A stretch of 64,000 bases of DNA, taken from NCBI GenBank assembly GCA_044339595.1, contig JBIIVF010000001.1:3541-67540 (forward strand), given 5' to 3'. The DNA is from Bacteroidia bacterium (GTDB taxonomy: Bacteria; Bacteroidota; Bacteroidia; NS11-12g; UBA9320). The notes below the pieces were generated by a model. It was not told where the DNA came from. It worked only from the letters and a program-made list of their open reading frames with translations, and did not search any database. The position numbers were made by a program, and so were the translations under genes. Of the stretch, positions 28,527 to 37,667 are shown piece by piece (position 1 is the first letter of the stretch; each line of letters begins with the position of its first letter).

Positions 28527-28877
28527 ATGAATAAAGGAGTACTATTAATGATTGTGATGATGGGAGCTTTGACTTTCGCCGCCCTACCCGGCAAAGCGAT
28601 TGGTCCGATTTACCCTTCAGGCACTGAAGCTCAGAGCATTAAGCTTGGGCAGAACTATCCTAATCCGGCTAACAGCAAAACTGTAATCGACTTATCTTTT
28701 ACTTCTTCTGAAGCAACTTTAACCATTTACAATGTTCTTGGTAAAGTGGTGGACGAATTTTCAGTGATTGACAAGCGTTTCATTTTGGATGTAACCAACT
28801 ATCCTGAAGGTGTGTATCTCTATACACTCGAAGCAGACGGAGAAAAACTTACCCGTCGCATGACTGTGAGAAAATAA
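28527..28877 (+). CDS. Very small (116 aa) protein made of a signal peptide plus a T9SS type-A C-terminal sorting domain, with only about 15 aa of 'cargo'
   Basis: The signal peptide is MNKGVLLMIVMMGALTFAALPGKA. The remainder (NYPNPANSKTVIDLSF...LTIYNVLGKVV...YPEGVYLYTLEADGEKLTRRMTVRK) covers all the conserved T9SS C-terminal domain motifs. Confidence 0.65.
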   Translation: MNKGVLLMIVMMGALTFAALPGKAIGPIYPSGTEAQSIKLGQNYPNPANSKTVIDLSFTSSEATLTIYNVLGKVVDEFSVIDKRFILDVTNYPEGVYLYTLEADGEKLTRRMTVRK

Positions 28878-28913
28878 TCCAACATCCACATTTCTTTTCT
28901 TACATTTAGAATA

Positions 28914-30269
28914 TTAAGTGAGGAGTAAGTTCCCTATCAGAAAGTAAATAAACATTCCGAGTAAGTCGTTAGACGTTGTGATAAAAGGCCCGGTTGCCAA
29001 TGCCGGATCTATCTTTAATCGATCTAGCAATAAAGGAATGGTAGCTCCCATAACAGAAGCAAAAACAATGGAGGCAAATAAAGAAATACCTACTACCAAA
29101 GTAATGGCCGTGCTTTGTCCCATGAAATAGGCGATTCCGAACAATAGCGCTGAGCAAATCAAAGCATTAAAGGTTGCAACAAAAAATTCCTTTCCCAATC
29201 GTTTCGTAATACTATCCGAACCAATGCTTTCATTGGCAATACTTTGAACAATGATTGCGCTGGATTGCACACCTGCATTACCGCCCATTGCAGCAACCAA
29301 AGGCATAAAAAATGCGAGTTGAACATTTCTTTGCAAGATATCGCCATAACTACCAATCACAGCCGCATTGGCAATTCCACCCATCAGACCTATCACCAAC
29401 CACGGCAAGCGAGCTCTGGATAACAACCAAATTGTATCATCACTTTCAACACTTTCCGAAATACCGGATAACAACTGATAATCTCTTTCTGCTTCCTCCT
29501 GAATTAAATCTACCACGTCATCAATGGTTACCCTTCCCACTAAGCGATTCAGGGTATCGGTTATGGGCATCGATTCAAGATCATATTTTTTCATCAAGCG
29601 AGCAACTTCCTCTCCCTTGGTGTAAATATTGGCAGAAATGATATTGGATTCGGAAATTTGAACCACTTTGGTCTGTGCCTTGGATAAAATAATTTTTTTA
29701 AGAGATACAGTGCCTACCAGTGTGTCGCTGTCATCCACCACATAAACTGAATACACCTTGGTTACTTCCTCTGCTTGTTTTCGAATTTCTTCTGTACACT
29801 GAGCGACGGTCCAATTCTGATTCACCTTAATTAATTCTCGGGCCATCAAACCACCGGCAGAATCTTCGGGATATTTTAGAAGAGACGTTAGATTCAGAGA
29901 ATATTCCCGGTCCTGGATATGACTGATAATCTCATTAACTTCTGATGAAGAAAATTCACTTAAAATATCAGCCGCATCATCCGAATCCATATTTTCAATG
30001 AATTGATGGGCAATTTCAATTGGTGTAAACCCTCTTAGTAGCGACTCCCGGACATCGGGTTCCAATTCTGCCAGTACCTCTACCTTTTTTACTGTATCCA
30101 GAACATGCATTACATACACAGCCTGGTCTTTATCCAGTTCATTAAAAAGCTCTGCTATATCGGCCGGAAATAATTTTAGAAGAATGGACCGCAATTCCGA
30201 TTCACGTTGCTCATCAATGTGAGCAATGAACTCATCTATGAATTCTCGGGTAAGCTGGTAATGCTGCAT
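28914..30269 (-). CDS. mgtE: Magnesium transporter MgtE
   Basis: An N-terminal MgtE-N domain is followed by tandem CBS domains and a C-terminal 5-TM MgtE domain (GNAGVQSSAIIVQ, GPFITTSNDLLG). Confidence 0.85.
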   Translation of the reverse strand: MQHYQLTREFIDEFIAHIDEQRESELRSILLKLFPADIAELFNELDKDQAVYVMHVLDTVKKVEVLAELEPDVRESLLRGFTPIEIAHQFIENMDSDDAADILSEFSSSEVNEIISHIQDREYSLNLTSLLKYPEDSAGGLMARELIKVNQNWTVAQCTEEIRKQAEEVTKVYSVYVVDDSDTLVGTVSLKKIILSKAQTKVVQISESNIISANIYTKGEEVARLMKKYDLESMPITDTLNRLVGRVTIDDVVDLIQEEAERDYQLLSGISESVESDDTIWLLSRARLPWLVIGLMGGIANAAVIGSYGDILQRNVQLAFFMPLVAAMGGNAGVQSSAIIVQSIANESIGSDSITKRLGKEFFVATFNALICSALLFGIAYFMGQSTAITLVVGISLFASIVFASVMGATIPLLLDRLKIDPALATGPFITTSNDLLGMFIYFLIGNLLLT

Positions 30270-30277
30270 CGCCCATC

Positions 30278-31060
30278 TTATTTTCGGTGTTTCTCAATAA
30301 AATTTGTCAGGCTGACAAAGTCAGCAACGGTTAGATTTTCAGCGCGCAATTTAGCAAATTCATTCTGCTGAAACACGTCTTTTGGAATATTAAATCTTGA
30401 AATTGAGTTCCCGAGCATTTTTCTTCGTTGAGAAAAGGAGGCTTTGACCACTTCAATAAATAGTTTTTCATCACAATCGAGCGTTTGACCATCCATTCTA
30501 GTGCAGCTAATCACGGCTGAACGCACTTTGGGAGGTGGGAAAAAAGCACCGGGTTCAATATTGAATTCGAGCTTTACCTCGTAAAATGCCTGCGTTATGA
30601 CGGAGATAATACCATACTCTTTAGAATTAGGGGCAGAAGCAATTCTCCTCGCCATTTCAAACTGAAACATTCCTGCCATAAAAGGGATGCTCTCGCGATG
30701 TTGAATCATTTTAAAAACAATCTGCGACGAAATATTATACGGGTAGTTTCCACACAGAATAAATTGATCAGCATACAAGTCTGCAAAAGAATAGTTTAGA
30801 AAATCAGCTTCAATTACCTCCTCAGACAAGGCTGGAAAATGCACTTTCAAATAAGCAACTGACTCCGAATCAATTTCAATCACTTTTAATTTTCTCTCCG
30901 GAATTTGAAGGAGATATTGTGTTAAAACACCCATCCCGGGACCCACTTCAAGTACCTGCATTAAAGGAAATTCTGCCACTAAATGGGCCAGTTTTTCAGC
31001 AACCCTTAGGTCGGTCAAGAAATGTTGGCCTAACTTCTTTTTAGGTCTTACCTTGTCCAT
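30278..31060 (-). CDS. rsmA: 16S rRNA (adenine1518/1519-N6)-dimethyltransferase
   Basis: The sequence KKKLGQHFLTD...VLEVGPGMGVLT is diagnostic of KsgA/RsmA. Confidence 0.9.
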   Translation of the reverse strand: MDKVRPKKKLGQHFLTDLRVAEKLAHLVAEFPLMQVLEVGPGMGVLTQYLLQIPERKLKVIEIDSESVAYLKVHFPALSEEVIEADFLNYSFADLYADQFILCGNYPYNISSQIVFKMIQHRESIPFMAGMFQFEMARRIASAPNSKEYGIISVITQAFYEVKLEFNIEPGAFFPPPKVRSAVISCTRMDGQTLDCDEKLFIEVVKASFSQRRKMLGNSISRFNIPKDVFQQNEFAKLRAENLTVADFVSLTNFIEKHRK

Positions 31061-32081
31061 AATTCATTTTGTTTCGGGTTAATTGGGTCAACAATTCATT
31101 GAATTCTTGATGTTGACTTACTGTGACCTGAACAGGCACAATCATAATATTCCATTGTTGTATCTGATTTAGAAAAGGCCCCCATTTAATCCAGTCTTTT
31201 TCAGTGGTGATCACATTAATCTCACCAGGGTGATTTCTTGCTATTTGTTCGAAAGTCTCACGGTGGTATGAAAAATGATCTTTAAAGCAGAAATGTTGAC
31301 TCAACTCGAGTTTTGTACTTACAAAATCTTTCAAGGGGTCGGCATTGGCAATACCCGTTACCAAGACAGTTGATAGTTGTGGATTCAAGTTCCCTTGCAC
31401 AGGTTTAAATTCCCCATTCACATACTTCGCAAAAAACAATTGTTGATGCGGTTTCAAATGCAAGGATTGCTTCCATTTAGTTTTAACAAAAGAATCAGGG
31501 AACTCAGGGCATTTGGTTACCACAATGATATCGGCTCTGCGGTTTCCACTTCTAAATTCGCGCAGCAATCCGGCCGGAAATGGATAATCCATAAAGTAGG
31601 GCTTCGAATGGTCGGTGAGCAGAATATTTAAGGATGGCTGAATAGGCAGGTGCTGAAATGCATCGTCGAGCAAAATTATCTTTATTTGAGGGGCATCTTT
31701 TAGCATTTGCCTTACCCCTGATACCCGACTTTCACATACGGCCACAAATGCTTTCGGGAATTTGCTTTTAATCATTAAAGGTTCATCGCCCGACAATTCT
31801 GCCGTATCATCCAATTCAACCCATCTGAATCCTTTTGATTTGCGACCATATCCCCGACTTAGAACCGCCACTTCACTTACAGGAGACAAATGAGCCAACA
31901 GGAGAATAACCATCGGTGTTTTGCCGCTGCCACCCGCATTCAGATTTCCGACAGAAATGATGGGTATGCCAAAAGAAACCCGCTTAAATATTCCATTCAA
32001 ATAGAAACTATTTCGAATGGCCACCATGGCTCCGTAAAGCATGCTCAAAGGCAAACTGAATAAAAGCCATATCTTCTTCAT
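31041..32081 (-). CDS. lpxK: Tetraacyldisaccharide 4'-kinase
   Basis: The P-loop VGNLNAGGSGKTPMV and an N-terminal membrane helix are present. The start was moved to the ATG at 32079-32081. Confidence 0.8.
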   Translation of the reverse strand: MKKIWLLFSLPLSMLYGAMVAIRNSFYLNGIFKRVSFGIPIISVGNLNAGGSGKTPMVILLLAHLSPVSEVAVLSRGYGRKSKGFRWVELDDTAELSGDEPLMIKSKFPKAFVAVCESRVSGVRQMLKDAPQIKIILLDDAFQHLPIQPSLNILLTDHSKPYFMDYPFPAGLLREFRSGNRRADIIVVTKCPEFPDSFVKTKWKQSLHLKPHQQLFFAKYVNGEFKPVQGNLNPQLSTVLVTGIANADPLKDFVSTKLELSQHFCFKDHFSYHRETFEQIARNHPGEINVITTEKDWIKWGPFLNQIQQWNIMIVPVQVTVSQHQEFNELLTQLTRNKMNYGQGKT

Positions 32082-32129
32082 TGCTGGATTTGTCAGGAAA
32101 AATTTAATTTGCACCAAAGATAGGTCGCT

Positions 32130-33227
32130 ATGGTTAAAATAAAGCAAGTTATTCAGTTTCTGGAAGATAAAGCACCTTTGGCATTGCAGGAGAGTTATGA
32201 CAATTGTGGGTTATTGGTTGGCGAATCAGACGTAGAAATCACCGGCATTCTGGTTTCGCTGGATGTAACGGAAGCTGTGCTGGAAGAAGCCATCCTGAAA
32301 AAGTGCAACCTCATTGTGGCCCATCATCCCCTTATCTTTGCGGGGATCAAAAAAATCACCGGTAGAAACAGCACCGAAAGAATTATTTTGAGGGCCATTA
32401 GAAATCAGATTTCGATTTATGCCATGCATACCAACCTCGACAATGTTTATCATGGTGTAAATGCCAAACTATCCTCCAAATTAGGACTTAACGACTGCCG
32501 AATATTACAACCCAAGTCATCTCTCATAAAAAATCTGACTACCTATGCCCCTTCAAGCCATGCCGAAGGGATTCGTCAAGCACTTTTTGATGCCGGTGCA
32601 GGAAAAATTGGGAACTACGATGAATGCAGCTTTTCAGTCACAGGCAACGGCACTTTTCGCGCAATGGAAGGTGCAAACCCATTTTTGGGTGAAGTTGGCA
32701 CCCAGCATCAAGAAAAAGAAGAGCGCATCGAAGTGATTTTTCCGGCTTATCTCGAATTATCCGTTGTTCAGGCACTAAAAAACAGTCATCCATACGAGGA
32801 AGTGGCCTATTATATTCTCAAAACAGACAATCTTCATCAAAATATTGGCGCCGGTATGGTGGGATTCTTGTCGAAGCCGATGTCGACACAAGAATTTCTT
32901 CAGCATTTAAAAACGACGATCAATTTAGAAATGATACGATACACCTCTTTTGATCATAACATTCATAAAGTGGCGGTTTGCGGGGGATCAGGAAGTTTCT
33001 TGTTGAACGATGCCATGGCGGCAGGCGCTCATGCGTTGGTAACAGGCGATTTTAAATATCATCAGTTTTTCGATGCAGAAAACAAGATAATGATTGCAGA
33101 TATCGGACATTTCGAGAGCGAGAAACACACGATAGAATTAATTGGTCAGTGGTTGTCAGATTTTTTTCCTAATTTTGCAGTCATTTTTACTGAAACGAAC
33201 ACCAACCCGGTTAATTATTACTTATAA
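32130..33227 (+). CDS. Nif3-family dinuclear metal centre protein (YqfO/YbgI-like)
   Basis: The N-terminal block (LQESYDNCGLLVG...LIVAHHPLIFAG) and C-terminal block (VAVCGGSGSF...GDFKYHQF...DIGHFESE) are characteristic of Nif3. Confidence 0.8.
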   Translation: MVKIKQVIQFLEDKAPLALQESYDNCGLLVGESDVEITGILVSLDVTEAVLEEAILKKCNLIVAHHPLIFAGIKKITGRNSTERIILRAIRNQISIYAMHTNLDNVYHGVNAKLSSKLGLNDCRILQPKSSLIKNLTTYAPSSHAEGIRQALFDAGAGKIGNYDECSFSVTGNGTFRAMEGANPFLGEVGTQHQEKEERIEVIFPAYLELSVVQALKNSHPYEEVAYYILKTDNLHQNIGAGMVGFLSKPMSTQEFLQHLKTTINLEMIRYTSFDHNIHKVAVCGGSGSFLLNDAMAAGAHALVTGDFKYHQFFDAENKIMIADIGHFESEKHTIELIGQWLSDFFPNFAVIFTETNTNPVNYYL

Positions 33228-33230
33228 ATT

Positions 33231-34019
33231 ATGGCAGTTTTATCGATTGAAGACAAACTCAAAGGACTTTACAACCTTCAGAAAATTGACACCAAACTCG
33301 ACCGTTTAAGGTCTGTGAGGGGTGAACTTCCAATGGAAGTTTCTGACTTGGAGGATGAGATTGTTGGACTTCAAACCAGAATTCAAAACATCGCACAGGA
33401 GTCAGAAGATTTTGAAAATGAGATCAAAAGCTTGAAAGAGAAGATTAAAAACTCTGAAGCGATGATCAAGAAATACAACGAGCAGTTGAACAACGTAAAG
33501 AACAACCGTGAATTCGACGCTTTGAATAAAGAGATTGAAATTCAGGGTCTTGAAATTATGGCTGCTGAGAAAAAAATCAACGAGCACAAAAAATCCATCG
33601 AAATTAAAAAAGAGATGTTGGATGAGGTGACCGTTGCGTTGGAAGGTCGTAATCAGGATTTGAACAATAAAAAAGAAGAACTCGATTCTATTACGGTGGA
33701 AACACAGAAAGAAGAAGAGCACATTCTTGGCGAGCGTGAAAAAGCTGAAAAGAGCATCGATGAAAAATTACTCATTGCTTATGATCGAATCAGGGTTAAC
33801 GTGATCAACGGAATCGCCATAGCTCCCGTAGTAAGAGGTGCTTGCGGTGGCTGTTTCGCCAAAATTCCACCACAGTTGCAATCCGATATTCGTCAAAGGA
33901 AAAAAATTGTGATCTGCGAACATTGTGGCAGAGTTAATATTGATGCTAAAATGGCAGGTTTAGAAGATGAGGTGGAAGAGGAAAAGCCAAAATCAAGAAG
34001 AAGAAAAAAGGCTGAATAA
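33231..34019 (+). CDS. C4-type zinc-ribbon/coiled-coil protein (COG1579-like), a common Nif3 neighbour
   Basis: A long coiled coil is followed by a C-terminal CGGCF...CEHCGR zinc ribbon. A conserved Nif3 + zinc-ribbon gene pair is established in many bacteria. Confidence 0.7.
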   Translation: MAVLSIEDKLKGLYNLQKIDTKLDRLRSVRGELPMEVSDLEDEIVGLQTRIQNIAQESEDFENEIKSLKEKIKNSEAMIKKYNEQLNNVKNNREFDALNKEIEIQGLEIMAAEKKINEHKKSIEIKKEMLDEVTVALEGRNQDLNNKKEELDSITVETQKEEEHILGEREKAEKSIDEKLLIAYDRIRVNVINGIAIAPVVRGACGGCFAKIPPQLQSDIRQRKKIVICEHCGRVNIDAKMAGLEDEVEEEKPKSRRRKKAE

Positions 34020-34041
34020 TTTGGCCAACATAATCAACAAA

Positions 34042-34082
34042 AGCATCCTCTCGGCTATCACCATACAGAGGATGCTTTTTTA
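34042..34082 (+). terminator. Rho-independent terminator with a 10-bp stem (AGCATCCTCT / AGAGGATGCT), a 15-nt loop and a UUUUUUA tail
   Basis: The structure is read from the sequence. The 3' half of the stem contains the ATG (34072) of the next gene. Confidence 0.55.
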
Positions 34083-35544
34083 TTTATTGCTCATTTTTGC
34101 TCCTTATGCTTTTTCGTCGAATACAAAATCCGGTTTTAATGCTTCCCTTTTAAAAGCGCAAAATGACGTTTATCATTTAAGACTCACTGAAGCAGAAATC
34201 ACGCTTTCAAACGAAATCAAAAACCGTCCTGAAAATATTTCTGCTTATCATCTGCAAGAGCTTTCGTTCTTCCTTAAGGCATTTATTTCTGAAACCTCCA
34301 AGGATTTTGTTGAATATGAGAAGAACAGAATTGTAGCCGAAAAGAAAATCACTTTACTTCCCTCAGGAGATCAATACAGGCCATTCATGCTGTCTGAACT
34401 GTGTTTACACAAAGGATTACTTTTGCTTAAATCAGCGAATTACACGGGTGCAGCATTGTCTTTTAAAGATGCCTATTCCTGGTGCAAAAAAAGTATCGAA
34501 AAACACCCAGACTTTCTTCCGGCCTACAAAGGGATAGCTCTTTTGGAGTCTGCTGCGGCTCATTTAGGACCCAGTTTTCACTGGGTGATTAAACTCTCAG
34601 GCATCAATCCAAATAATCAACACAGCGTACGTCAAACTTTAAAGTTCATTCAAAGTCCACAAATCGGTGAACTCGAATGGATGCGCAGAGATGCCGCCTT
34701 TATGATGGGATATATACATTGGCAATTGAAGCAAAAAACGCTGGCCTGGAAATTAATTCAATCAAATACCGAAGACTATCCGACCAATCCATTGTCTTTG
34801 TATTTCCATTCCGTGTTTGCACATAAAAGCGGCATGAATGATCATTGTCTGAAATCCTTGAGCTCATACTCGGCTAGAAAAAACGAAATTCAAATTCCAT
34901 TTCTGTATTACCTAAAAGGGTTATGCCAACTGCAAAAACTTGATACGAATTGTCTGCGTTCATTTCAACAATTTCTTGGTACTCATCAGGGCATGCATTA
35001 CATCAAGGCTTGCCATCTCAAAATGGCATGGGGCCATCTTATTTTTGGTCGATTAAGTCAATTTCATCATTCCATGTCAATGGTAAAATCCCAAGGACAA
35101 TCCATTACTGAAGAAGACAAGCAAGCCCTAATAGAAGCCCGGCGTAAAACGATTCCTCATCCAAAATTGCTCATTGCAAGGCTTTTATTTGATGGAGGAT
35201 ATAACCGATTGGCACTGCAGTATATCCAACCTTTAAAGGCTTCAGATTTCCATTCAGCCCTGGAAAAAACGGAATACTGTTACCGAAAAGGACGCATCTA
35301 TCAATCATTAAATCAAAATACCCTCGCCATCGCCTTTTACGAGGCTGCCATTTCAACCGGGAAAATTTTAGAGGTCTATTATGCCTCTTATGCGTGCATT
35401 TACATAGCGGAAATTAATGAAGATCAAGGAAATCGAACTTTGGCACTCAAGTATTATAAGTTGGCAACTTCCTTTAAGAACAATTCAGAATACGTTCAGT
35501 CTATTGAACAAAAGGCAGCTTCAGGAATTCGCAGACTAAAGTGA
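34072..35544 (+). CDS. Secreted TPR-like repeat protein of about 490 aa
   Basis: A signal peptide (MLFYLLLIFAPYAFSS) is present. The C-terminal region has TPR-like helices (AIAFYEAAISTGKILEVYYASYACIYIAEINEDQGNRTLALKYYKLA). The upstream 35 codons of the ORF overlap the previous gene and were discarded. Confidence 0.5.
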   Translation: MLFYLLLIFAPYAFSSNTKSGFNASLLKAQNDVYHLRLTEAEITLSNEIKNRPENISAYHLQELSFFLKAFISETSKDFVEYEKNRIVAEKKITLLPSGDQYRPFMLSELCLHKGLLLLKSANYTGAALSFKDAYSWCKKSIEKHPDFLPAYKGIALLESAAAHLGPSFHWVIKLSGINPNNQHSVRQTLKFIQSPQIGELEWMRRDAAFMMGYIHWQLKQKTLAWKLIQSNTEDYPTNPLSLYFHSVFAHKSGMNDHCLKSLSSYSARKNEIQIPFLYYLKGLCQLQKLDTNCLRSFQQFLGTHQGMHYIKACHLKMAWGHLIFGRLSQFHHSMSMVKSQGQSITEEDKQALIEARRKTIPHPKLLIARLLFDGGYNRLALQYIQPLKASDFHSALEKTEYCYRKGRIYQSLNQNTLAIAFYEAAISTGKILEVYYASYACIYIAEINEDQGNRTLALKYYKLATSFKNNSEYVQSIEQKAASGIRRLK

Positions 35545-35847
35545 ATTATATTCTGCCCATTGCGCATCACCCCCATCCAGCAATAATCCTTCTTGAAAAT
35601 ACAATTCATTTTTAGAATCATGAAGTTTTGAAGTTCTTGAGAAATCAAAATCCTGTTCACAATATCCTGAAAGATGACTCCCTTCTGATGCCGAAAGTAC
35701 CAACTTATCTTCTATTTTAGATTTTGGCTGAACTGAAGTTACATGGTCATCCTTCTTCGTTCTATCGCTTGGGGCAAAGCCATTAGAATCTGAGAAAGCA
35801 GCCACTAACAAGAAAAGGGTTTTAAACCTATCTTTCTGCCAGTTCAA
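35536..35847 (-). CDS. Small hypothetical exported protein of 103 aa
   Basis: The product has a signal-peptide-like N-terminus (KTLFLLVAAFSDSNGFA). No recognisable domain was found, so coding status is uncertain. Confidence 0.3.
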   Translation of the reverse strand: MNWQKDRFKTLFLLVAAFSDSNGFAPSDRTKKDDHVTSVQPKSKIEDKLVLSASEGSHLSGYCEQDFDFSRTSKLHDSKNELYFQEGLLLDGGDAQWAEYNSL

Positions 35848-35988
35848 AAGATGCTCCTACATACTATGCAAGCAATTAATCGTTTGATTATCATAATATT
35901 GAATTTAAATAAAGGAATCCAATCCATATCTCATTTTTTTGGAAAGATATTCCCATTTTTAAAGCACAATTCCTGCCAATCTATCGAT

Positions 35989-35996
35989 TATCTTTG
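35989..35996 (+). promoter_or_regulatory. Candidate Bacteroidetes -7 promoter element (TATCTTTG) lying 17 nt upstream of the gltX ATG
   Basis: The sequence matches the TAnnTTTG consensus. Confidence 0.3.
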
Positions 35997-36012
35997 CAGC
36001 TTCAAGTTAATT

Positions 36013-37557
36013 ATGGAAAGAAAAGTAAGGGTGCGTTTTGCGCCCAGCCCAACGGGACCGTTGCACATTGGTGGCGTGAGAACCGCACTGTACAATTATT
36101 TGTTTGCCAGAAAACATGGTGGAACCTGTATTTTGAGAATTGAAGACACGGATCAAAACCGGTTTGTTCCAGGTGCTGAAGAATACATTGTAGAGACCAT
36201 GAAATGGTTGGGCATAGATTACGATGAAGGAGTTCATTTGGGCGGTCCTCACGCACCTTATCGTCAAAGTGAGCGGAAAGCCATGTATCGTCAATATGCT
36301 GAAGAACTGATAGAAAAAGGATTGGCATACTATGCATTTGACACTTCCGAAGAACTCGAAGTTATGCGCAAGAAACTCGAAGCCGGCGGCATGAGTCCGA
36401 AATATGATGCAACCAGCAGAATGAGTATGAAAAACTCCCTCACTTTGAGTGAAGATGAAGTGAAAGCAAGACTGGCTGAAGGAGATAATTATGTCATCAG
36501 GATAAAATTACCCCGTAAAGAAGAAGTTAGGTTTCACGACATCATCCGTGATTGGGTGGTAGTGCATACGCAGCAGATGGACGACAAAGTTCTGTTGAAA
36601 GGAGATGGCATGCCTACATATCATTTGGCCAACGTGGTGGATGACCATATCATGGAAATCACCCATGTAATCAGAGGCGAAGAATGGTTGCCCTCAGCCC
36701 CATTGCATGTGATGTTGTATCGTTACTTTGGATGGGAAGACACCATGCCTCAATTCGCTCATTTACCCTTGTTGTTAAAACCCGACGGTAATGGCAAACT
36801 GAGCAAAAGGGATGGAGATCGCTTAGGATTTCCAGTATTTCCACTTGAATGGAAAGATCCCTTTACCGGAGAAATTAGCAGCGGCTACCGAGAATCAGGA
36901 TACTTGCCGGATGCCGTTCTAAACATGTTGGCATTACTTGGATGGCATACTTCCGACAACCAGGAAATATTCACCCGTGAAGAGCTGATAGCTGCTTTTT
37001 CTCTCGAAAGAGTGAATAAAAGTGGGGCCAAGTTTGACGTGGACAAAGCCAAATGGTTTAACCACAAATACCTGCATGGTGCCGCTGATCAGGATTTACT
37101 TCCTTATGTAATGGAACAAATTAAAGAATTGAACATCGACACTTCAGAAGCTTACATATTGAAGGTGATCTCAATGATGAAAGAGAAGGTAAATTTTGTT
37201 CAAGACATTTTGAAAGAAGGAATCTACTTCTTTGAGAAACCAAAACAATTTGATTCAGCCATCTTGCAAAAAAAATGGACCGAAGAAGTTGAAGCCGTAA
37301 TCAGAAAATACCGCGATGAACTTGCTTCATCTGAAAGTTATGTTTCTGCAGATTTAGAAATGCTTTTGAATACTACCTGTGCTGACCAAAACATTAAAAC
37401 CGGCATGGTGATGCAGCCTTTGCGCATAGCCGTATCAGGAGCTGCCGGCGGTCCTCCAATATTTGAATTGCTTGCACTCATTGGCAAACAAGAAACGCTG
37501 GAAAGATTGAATTTCGCTTTAGAAAACTTCTCTAAATTAGCTGCTGCAGGGCAATAA
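36013..37557 (+). CDS. gltX: Glutamate--tRNA ligase
   Basis: The sequence MERKVRVRFAPSPTGPLHIGGVRTALYNYLFA carries the HIGH motif, and a KLSKR motif is also present. The start was set at the ATG at 36013. Confidence 0.9.
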   Translation: MERKVRVRFAPSPTGPLHIGGVRTALYNYLFARKHGGTCILRIEDTDQNRFVPGAEEYIVETMKWLGIDYDEGVHLGGPHAPYRQSERKAMYRQYAEELIEKGLAYYAFDTSEELEVMRKKLEAGGMSPKYDATSRMSMKNSLTLSEDEVKARLAEGDNYVIRIKLPRKEEVRFHDIIRDWVVVHTQQMDDKVLLKGDGMPTYHLANVVDDHIMEITHVIRGEEWLPSAPLHVMLYRYFGWEDTMPQFAHLPLLLKPDGNGKLSKRDGDRLGFPVFPLEWKDPFTGEISSGYRESGYLPDAVLNMLALLGWHTSDNQEIFTREELIAAFSLERVNKSGAKFDVDKAKWFNHKYLHGAADQDLLPYVMEQIKELNIDTSEAYILKVISMMKEKVNFVQDILKEGIYFFEKPKQFDSAILQKKWTEEVEAVIRKYRDELASSESYVSADLEMLLNTTCADQNIKTGMVMQPLRIAVSGAAGGPPIFELLALIGKQETLERLNFALENFSKLAAAGQ

Positions 37558-37605
37558 CTTAGATTCATAAATCGCCTCGGCAGCGCATTCCAAACCCCAT
37601 AAAAA

Positions 37606-37645
37606 AAGCGGAAAGCAGGTTCACCCACTTTCCGCTTTATATTTT
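37606..37645. terminator. Bidirectional rho-independent terminator (AAGCGGAAAG...CTTTCCGCTT, flanked by an A-run and a T-run) between gltX and the convergent T9SS gene
   Basis: It has a 10-bp stem and a 12-nt loop. A poly-A run precedes it and a T-rich stretch follows. Confidence 0.55.
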
Positions 37646-37667
37646 GAGCAATTTCTGCTCGACTAAA

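Noticed and set aside
33402-33722. A 106-aa Phe/Leu-rich ORF antisense to the zinc-ribbon gene
   Set aside because: It is an artefact of the Lys/Glu-rich coiled-coil coding strand, whose GAA/AAA codons read as TTC/TTT on the other strand.
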